Shown here piece by piece: positions 26,354 through 32,000 of a stretch of 32,000 nucleotides of DNA. How positions within the stretch are numbered: position 1 is the stretch's first letter; each line of letters begins with the position of its first letter. The position numbers were made by a program, and so were the translations under genes. Source of the stretch: an uncultured archaeon (GTDB taxonomy: Archaea; Iainarchaeota; Iainarchaeia; Iainarchaeales; Iainarchaeaceae); assembly GCA_964577555.1 (NCBI GenBank), contig CAZNZM010000009.1, forward strand, positions 1 through 32,000, in the 5' to 3' direction. Under the pieces are notes generated by a model. The model had not been told where the DNA came from. It saw only the letters and a program-made list of their open reading frames with translations, and searched no databases.

Positions 26354-27043
26354 TCATCCCTTAAGCCATTTTACAGCCGCATAAACAAAAGGAGTGTTTA
26401 TTATTGAAAGAGAAAGTTTCAAACCCAAATACGGCAGTGCCAATGAAACCACAAACCAAAAATCATATCCTTTTATCAAACCAAAGAAATTCCAAAAAGC
26501 CAAAAACATGAAACAAAAAGTGTCAATCGTCTGTCCAATAAAATTGCTGGCGTTAACCCTGAACCAAAGAAATTTGCCTCTCATTGATTCTTTCAACCTG
26601 GTGAAGACCAATGCATCATTCAAATCTGCCAAAACAAAAGAAACAAGGCTTGCAAAAATCATACGCATGCTTGTTGAAAAAACCGAATTGAATTGTTCAG
26701 CCTTGACCCAGCTTCTTTCCGCAAAAGGCAAAGCAGTTGAAACTATGACAAAAAAGAAAACAACTGCAAGACAAAGCGCAGTAATCCAAATCAATTCCCT
26801 TGATTTTGTCCTGCCATAAACTTCACTGATTGAATCCAATAAAAAAAATGTAAAGAAAAAAGGAATAATTCCAACACTAAAAACAATTGGAAAATCTGAT
26901 AAGTACAGAAAAGATATTTTGCCTCCAATAAGGTTGGACATTATTACTGAAGAAATGAAAAGTCCAAAGAAAAAATTCAATCTAAATTCAGCTGTTAAAA
27001 TTTTTTTATGCATGGATAAAAACATAATAGCAAAAACATACAA
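26354..27043 (-). CDS. yhhQ: YhhQ/VUT-family (DUF165) transporter, putative preQ0/queuosine-precursor importer
   Basis: Collinear with remembered E. coli YhhQ blocks: PFFFTFFLLDSISEVYG vs FPFIFLATDLTVRIFG; RMIFASLVSFVLADLNDALVFTRLKE vs RIATASFMAYALGQILDVHVFNRLRQ; NASNFIGQTIDTFCFMFLAF vs TASTLFGNVSDTLAFFFIAF. The start could instead be an internal ATG (27025 or 27013). Confidence 0.85.
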   Translation of the reverse strand: MYVFAIMFLSMHKKILTAEFRLNFFFGLFISSVIMSNLIGGKISFLYLSDFPIVFSVGIIPFFFTFFLLDSISEVYGRTKSRELIWITALCLAVVFFFVIVSTALPFAERSWVKAEQFNSVFSTSMRMIFASLVSFVLADLNDALVFTRLKESMRGKFLWFRVNASNFIGQTIDTFCFMFLAFWNFFGLIKGYDFWFVVSLALPYLGLKLSLSIINTPFVYAAVKWLKG

Positions 27044-27204
27044 AAGTATTAAAATATTGGCTTGCGTTTTCCAATGTTTTTTAAGGCTGATTGGGATACC
27101 TGTCCATGCAAACTTTGAAAATATGAAGAATTTGGCTACTGCATTTTATTTAGTAAGTTTTAAATATGTTTTTGAATGAATTGAAGTAGTATTGGTGATT
27201 TTTT

Positions 27205-27333
27205 TTGAGCAAAAGAGCAAACGATACTTCTAGATTCAAAAAGACAAGAGCAAGGCAAAGATGGAAGTGGCATAAAAAAAAGATGCGCAGAAAGAAAAGA
27301 AAGCGAAGGTATATGAGAGAAAGAGCCAAGTAA
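27205..27333 (+). CDS. rpl41e: 50S ribosomal protein L41e (42 aa; absent from the ORF track)
   Basis: Hand translation: MSKRANDTSRFKKTRARQRWKWHKKKMRRKKRKRRYMRERAK. The RWKW-KK-RR-KR-R core matches archaeal/eukaryotic L41e. TTG start with GGTGAT at 27194-27199, 5 nt upstream. An in-frame TGA at 27196 excludes any earlier start. Confidence 0.75.
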   Translation: MSKRANDTSRFKKTRARQRWKWHKKKMRRKKRKRRYMRERAK

Positions 27334-27389
27334 ATAAAAGTCATAAAACGCAAAAAATTAAAAATAATTTTTTTTAAAATTCATTGTTT

Positions 27390-28238
27390 TTATTTAACGA
27401 TTCTTTTAATAGTTTGCTTTATTTTATGGTAAGACTTGTAAGTCAACCGCAATAAGTAGTATATTGGCGGTTTTAGTTCGTTTTTTCCTTTGCCGTAGCC
27501 AAAATTTTTTATTGGCCTGAATATATAAGTCATTCCTGCATTGTGGACTATTTTTATTTTTTCGCCGCTTGGAAAATAAAATTCGCCATTAACAATCTTG
27601 AATTCGTTTTCACTAGTAGTTACTACAAAATTCCAGGTTTTATCCAAAGGCACAAAACCGACTTTATATAATATATAATTTACTGCAATTTGTTCAGGTC
27701 CGAATTGGTCTTTGTTTATTAATATTCTGTCGAGTTCGTTTGCCAATTTTAGCATGAGTTTTTGGGGTCCAACTATCATTCCTGCATTTATCATTCTTTT
27801 GTTTTTTATAGTGTTTTTGATTTTCTTTTCTTCATTTTTAATAAAATAATTTTCTATGAAAAAATCTTCAAATGGCGCGCCAATGTCTTCCTGGCATGCT
27901 TTGATTTTATTTGGTTTTATCTTAAATAGTTCGCTTACATCTCCTTGAAAAATTATGTCTCCGCCATCAACAGCCATTATTTGTTTATACTTGTGTTTTT
28001 TCAAATATTTTGCCGTGTCTTTCCATCTTATGCAAGTTATGTGCCCTTTGAGTTTGCATTTTTTTACTATTGCATTATTTTTCTTCAACGCTTTAACTTG
28101 TCTTTTGTTGAGTCCGTAATCCAATATAATTATATCAATGTTTTCCAAATTTGAATTATCTTTCAAAGATTTAAGCCAATGATTTACAAGAAAATCGCCA
28201 TATTTTTCATTGGAACTTGTAAAAATAGCGTTTTTCAT
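27390..28238 (-). CDS. Putative GT-A fold glycosyltransferase (GT8-like)
   Basis: Weak family-8-like pattern: MKNAIFTSSNEKY at the N-terminus, AVDGGDIIF (DxD-like), INAGMIVG, and GPEQIAVNYIL. The assignment is tentative. Confidence 0.5.
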   Translation of the reverse strand: MKNAIFTSSNEKYGDFLVNHWLKSLKDNSNLENIDIIILDYGLNKRQVKALKKNNAIVKKCKLKGHITCIRWKDTAKYLKKHKYKQIMAVDGGDIIFQGDVSELFKIKPNKIKACQEDIGAPFEDFFIENYFIKNEEKKIKNTIKNKRMINAGMIVGPQKLMLKLANELDRILINKDQFGPEQIAVNYILYKVGFVPLDKTWNFVVTTSENEFKIVNGEFYFPSGEKIKIVHNAGMTYIFRPIKNFGYGKGKNELKPPIYYLLRLTYKSYHKIKQTIKRIVK

Positions 28239-28331
28239 AGATCATATTATGTTGTTTAATTCCTATTTATTAAACAATTGCTTAAATTCATTTTTGAAAG
28301 TATTATAATTGTTGTTTTTGAGTGGTGTATA

Positions 28332-29036
28332 ATGAAGGTTTCAATTGTTATTCCTGCATTAAACGAGGAAAAATATCTTCCAAAATTGCTTGATTCTTTG
28401 TCTGCACAGAAAACAAAATTCAAGTACGAGATTATAGTGGCTGATGGTTATAGCGAGGATAATACTGTTAAAATAGCAAAAAAAGCTGGTGCCAAAGTTG
28501 TAATGGAGCATAACAGGTCTGCTGCTTGGGAAAGAAATGCTGGTGCAAAAATTGCTTCTGGCGATATAATTGCTTTTGTTGATTCTGACACTATTGTTCC
28601 TAAAGATTGGGTTGAAAGAATTGGCTCTGAATTTGAAAATAGCAAAGATGTGGTAATGGTTTATGGTTGTGCTTATTTGCTTGAAGAATCAAAATTGATG
28701 AATTCATTAGTGCTTTTTTCAACTAAATTGTTTATTTCTATTCTTTCATTTTTTGGGATTCATAATGCACCTGGCTTTAACATGGCTGTTAGAAAAGACA
28801 TTTATAATAAGTGTGGCGGTTTTGATACTTCGCTTTTTACTGCAGAAGACCTTGATTTGGCAAAAAAAATGTCTGTATTTGGAAAAATCAAATTTGTTCC
28901 GGATCTCATTGTCTGGGTTTCAGCAAGAAGAATAAAAAAATGGGGGCTCTTGAAATTTGTTGGTTTTAACTTGGCAAACTTGTTTAATTTTACTTTTAAA
29001 GGGAAAGCATCTAAAAATTACGAGAGTGTGAGATAG
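28332..29036 (+). CDS. Family 2 glycosyltransferase
   Basis: MKVSIVIPALNEEKYLPKLLDSL, and AFVDSDT (DxD). ATG at 28332 with GGTG 5 nt upstream. The track's 18 upstream codons are rejected. Confidence 0.85.
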   Translation: MKVSIVIPALNEEKYLPKLLDSLSAQKTKFKYEIIVADGYSEDNTVKIAKKAGAKVVMEHNRSAAWERNAGAKIASGDIIAFVDSDTIVPKDWVERIGSEFENSKDVVMVYGCAYLLEESKLMNSLVLFSTKLFISILSFFGIHNAPGFNMAVRKDIYNKCGGFDTSLFTAEDLDLAKKMSVFGKIKFVPDLIVWVSARRIKKWGLLKFVGFNLANLFNFTFKGKASKNYESVR

Positions 29037-30191
29037 TTGAATATAGCTTATTTTACAGATTCTTACGAGCCGCAAATTAACGGGGTTGTAACACAAATAA
29101 ATAACATGGCTAAAGAATCCTTGAGGAAAGGACACAAGTTTTTGATAGTCGCGCCTTCGCCTGACATGAATTTTAAAGAGAGATATTGCCATGGTGTCAA
29201 AGTTTTTTTAATGCCTTCAATTGCTTTGCCGACTTATAAGGATTATAGAATTTCTTATTTCAGATCTGAAAAAATTTTGAGTGAAATGAAAATTTTCAAG
29301 CCTGATGTTATCCATGTTCATACTCCTTTTGGAATAGGCTGGCTTGGTGTTTGGGTTGCAAAAAAACTCGGGGTAAGGCTTGTTGGAACTTATCACACTT
29401 TGATTCCTGATTTTTTGGTATATTTGCCAATTCCTTTTTTTAATCAAACCAATTTGGCAAAAAAATTGGCTTGGAAGTATACTAATTGGTTTTACATGAA
29501 TTGCGATGTTTTAACTACTATAACCAATGTTACAAAAAAAGAACTTGAGAAAAACGGGTTGAAAAAAATCAATGTAATTCCGAATTCTATTGATTTTGAA
29601 AAATTTAATAAATTCAAAAAAAAAATTTACAAATCAAAAGGGTTGAAGCTTATTTATTTTGGAAGAATTAGTTATGAAAAAAATATTGATGTTCTTATAT
29701 TAGCTCTTGAAAAATTGGTTTCTTATGAAAAAAATGTTTATCTCACGATAGTTGGTTCAGGGCCTGCTCTTGAAAGCTTGAAAAAATTGGTTGAAAAAAA
29801 AGGTTTGTCTGAAAGGGTTAGCTTTTTGGGGGCTGTTGGGCATGATGAACTTCCAAAAATAATTTCGCAACACGATATTTTTGTTACTGCTTCAACAATT
29901 GAAACGCAAGGACTTACTACCATAGAATCAATGGCAATCGGCTTGCCTTGTGTTGCCGCGGATGCGCGTGCCAATTCAGAAATGATTTTGCATGGCAAAA
30001 ACGGTTATTTATTCAAGCCTTTTGATGCTGTTGATTGTGCTGAAAAAATACTTTTGCTTGAGTCAGCTTCAAAAAGAAGAAAATTTGGTTTGTTTGGAAT
30101 GAGATTCGTGAAAAGATTTTCTGTTGAAAAAGTTTTTGCAAGTTTTTTGGCTCTTTATTCAAAAATACAAAAAAATGCGGAAAGCAATTGA
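29037..30191 (+). CDS. Family 4 (group 1) glycosyltransferase
   Basis: N-terminus MNIAYFTDSYEPQINGV, C-terminal ETQGLTTIESMAIGLPCVAAD...NGYLF. The TTG start directly abuts the GT2 stop. The next in-frame ATG would delete the conserved N-terminus. Confidence 0.85.
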   Translation: MNIAYFTDSYEPQINGVVTQINNMAKESLRKGHKFLIVAPSPDMNFKERYCHGVKVFLMPSIALPTYKDYRISYFRSEKILSEMKIFKPDVIHVHTPFGIGWLGVWVAKKLGVRLVGTYHTLIPDFLVYLPIPFFNQTNLAKKLAWKYTNWFYMNCDVLTTITNVTKKELEKNGLKKINVIPNSIDFEKFNKFKKKIYKSKGLKLIYFGRISYEKNIDVLILALEKLVSYEKNVYLTIVGSGPALESLKKLVEKKGLSERVSFLGAVGHDELPKIISQHDIFVTASTIETQGLTTIESMAIGLPCVAADARANSEMILHGKNGYLFKPFDAVDCAEKILLLESASKRRKFGLFGMRFVKRFSVEKVFASFLALYSKIQKNAESN

Positions 30192-30381
30192 TTATAAACA
30201 AATTCTAAGTAAAAAAACATTGTTCCTGCCAAAGTCATGCAATTGGCTGAATTTAAAAAAAAATTTTTATAGTTGAAAGGCTTCACCATGCTTTTGCTTT
30301 TGAAGAGAACAGAAAATAGGCCAACCAAATTTTTTTATAAAAAATATTTGCTTTTGAATTGTTTTTGGGATTGGTGATTTA

Positions 30382-30612
30382 ATGAATTGGCCTAGTAAGG
30401 CTCAAACGCCTATAATAGGGCGGGGGTTTAGGAAAACAAAGCATAGAGGCCAGATTCAACGCTGGTTTTGCCAGCGTTGCAAGCACACCTTCATAGAAAA
30501 GGATGCTTTCTGGCATAAGCATAAATCTCCAGAAACAGCTAGAGAAATATTTATAAACCCTGCTTGCGACATATATATTCACGCATTTGAACCAAGAATA
30601 ATTTTTTTATAA
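30382..30612 (+). other. Ambiguous 76-codon ORF with an IS1 InsA-like zinc-ribbon half-motif; possibly a transposase remnant, possibly non-coding leader RNA
   Basis: GQIQRWFCQRCKHTF resembles the IS1 InsA segment GHQRYLCSHCRKTW (from memory), but the first CxxC is missing. The motif's codons form a perfect 9-bp hairpin (30457-30479). An antisense ORF of similar size covers the same DNA. Confidence 0.3.
30606..30612 (+). promoter_or_regulatory. Candidate archaeal TATA box for the 16S rRNA transcript
   Basis: TTTATAA preceded by an A/T run, about 245 nt upstream of the mature 16S 5' end and just upstream of the hairpin-rich GC-richer region. No experimental support; position-based only. Confidence 0.3.
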
Positions 30613-30664
30613 GTGCTTGTGATCGCCATTTTTGGCGTGATTTGAGACCCATCTTTTGCAGTGT

Positions 30665-30802
30665 TGCGGAAAGCGTGCTTTCTGCACTTGGTTTAATGCA
30701 AAGATGAGTACCAAAGTTGTTTTTGGTATGATGTTGGTCTGCCAAGAGGTTTTCCGAGAGCGGAAAACTAATTATTAAATCCGCAATCAATGAATTGCGG
30801 AT
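30665..30802 (+). other. Four consecutive stem-loops (three perfect, one with a single G-U pair) in the putative 16S 5' leader
   Basis: 30665-30686 TGCGGAAAG/cgtg/CTTTCTGCA (9 bp, one G-U); 30709-30728 TACCAAA/gttgtt/TTTGGTA; 30749-30768 GTTTTCCG/agag/CGGAAAAC; 30779-30802 ATCCGCAAT/caatga/ATTGCGGAT. Confidence 0.6.
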
Positions 30803-30854
30803 CCAATTCCATTGAGTGGATATCCGAATATGCCAAAAGGCTTCTGGATTGATA

Positions 30855-32000
30855 ATTCCAGCTGATCCTGCTGGCGGATACTGCTATCGAAGTTCGACTA
30901 AGCCATGCAAGTCTGAGAGGCCAAGTCATGGTGGTCTCTGGCGTACGGCTCAGTAACACGTGGTTAATCTACCCTAAGGAAGGGCTAATCCCGGGAAACT
31001 GGGGCTAATACCCTATAGGAATTAGCTACTGGAATATGCTTTTTCCAAAAAAATGCGCACCATGCAAGCGTTATTGCCTTAGGATGAGACTGCGGTGGAT
31101 TAGGTAGTTGGCGGGGTAAATGCCCACCAAGCCGAAGATCCATACGGGCCTTGAGAGAGGTAGCCCGGAGAAGGGTACTGAGATAAGGACCCTAGCCCTA
31201 CGGGGTGCAGCAGGCGCGAAAATTCTGCAATACACGAAAGTGTGACAGAGGAACTTCGAGTGATCCCTTTGGGATCTTTTGCCAACTTTAGAAAGGTTGG
31301 CGAATAAGAGCTGGGTAATATGCGTGCCAGCCGCCGCGGTAATACGCAAGGCTCTAGTGGTATCCCCTCATATTGGGCCTAAAGCGTTCGTAGCCGGTTC
31401 GGTAAGTCTTTTGTGAAATCGGCTCTCTTAAGGAGTCGAATTGCAAAAGAAACTGCCGGGCTTGAGAATGGGAGATGTGAAGGGAATTTTCGGAGTAACG
31501 GTGAAATGTTGTGATCCCGAAAAGACCACCAGTAGCGAAGGCGCTTCACAAGAACATATCTGACGGTGAGGAACGAAAGCTGGGGGAGCGACCCGGATTA
31601 GATACCCGGTTAGTCCCAGCCGTAAACGATGCGGACTAGGTGTCCTAGCGCTCATGTAGTGCGGGGGTGCCGAAGCGAAGGTCTTAAGTCCGCCGCCTGG
31701 GGAGTATACTCGCAAGGGTGAAACTTAATGGAATTGGCGGGGACGCACTACAAGGGGTGGATGCTGCGGTTTAATTGGACACAACGCCAGAAAACTCACC
31801 AGGGGCGACAGCAGAATGATGGACAGTCTAAAGGGCTTTCCTGACACGCTGAGAGGTGTTGTATGGTCATCGTCAGCTCGTACTATGAAGCGTCCTGTCA
31901 ACTCAGGCAACGGGCGAGACCCATGCCCATAGTTGCGATCTTCTGATTCCAGGAGAGCACTCTATGGGGACTGCAGTAGCAATACTGAGGAAGGAGTGGG
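30855..32000 (+). rRNA. rrs: 16S rRNA gene, 5' ~1146 nt; the 3' end lies beyond the window
   Basis: Begins ATTCCAGCTGATCCTGCTGGCGGA (archaeal 5' end). Conserved blocks are collinear with archaeal 16S: ACGGCTCAGTAACACGTGG, CCTACGGGGTGCAGCAGGCGCGAAA, GTGCCAGCCGCCGCGGTAATAC (31324), GGATTAGATACCCGG (31595), GGTTTAATTGGA, GTCAGCTCGT. Confidence 0.97.

Noticed and set aside
27150-27353. 67-aa minus-strand ORF from the track.
   Set aside because: The plus strand of the same DNA encodes a recognisable L41e with SD and a defined start. The minus-strand translation is hydrophobic low-complexity (the reverse complement of the Arg/Lys codons).
31071-31910. Several 61-95-aa minus-strand ORFs near the right end, plus 30551-30959.
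   Set aside because: They lie inside the 16S rRNA gene or its leader. These are GC-richer RNA genes that produce chance ORFs.
30855-32000. Looked for a 16S intron or homing-endonuclease insertion, which are common in some DPANN and crenarchaeal rRNAs.
   Set aside because: The conserved blocks occur at the expected spacing (515 site about 470 nt, 806 region about 740 nt, and 915 region about 875 nt from the 5' end). Nothing is inserted in the visible part. The 3' ~350 nt cannot be assessed.

Overview
AT-rich, extremely gene-dense archaeal chromosome segment. Genes often overlap by 1-24 nt, including two convergent 3' overlaps. The content points to a small-genome, DPANN-like archaeon: FEN1 with a C-terminal PIP box, L40e, L41e, NadM-type NMNAT, a DGGGP-synthase-like UbiA protein, PdxS/PdxT, and a divergent archaeal 16S. 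I can support about 34 protein genes, one tRNA-Glu(UUC), and the first ~1.15 kb of a 16S rRNA gene that runs off the right edge. Left to right: a 5'-truncated Lhr helicase coupled to a metallophosphoesterase; a convergent RecJ-like DHH nuclease; a TldD/PmbA pair; an uncharacterised three-gene operon ending in a stand-alone tRNA-binding domain; MgtA-type P-type ATPase; nadC-nadM; pdxS-pdxT; FEN1; Fe-ADH; FolC; thiamine pyrophosphokinase plus thiBPQ; a UbiA-HTH-Pcm operon; L40e; tRNA-Glu; YhhQ; L41e; three glycosyltransferases; then a structured, GC-richer ~470-nt region leading into the 16S. L40e and L41e are below the ORF-track size cutoff and were found by reading the intergenic DNA. I found no CRISPR array, no intact mobile element and no recognisable defence system, so I cannot claim a clearly novel system. 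The best candidates for a second look are: (1) the orphan operon at 7592-9064; (2) the run of perfect hairpins plus an ambiguous IS1-InsA-like ORF upstream of the 16S; (3) the dense concentration of vitamin and cofactor salvage genes (NAD, PLP, folate, thiamine, preQ0); (4) the divergent DGGGPS-like prenyltransferase operon. All calls rest on motif recognition by eye. No searches or computations were run, and GC statements are visual estimates.
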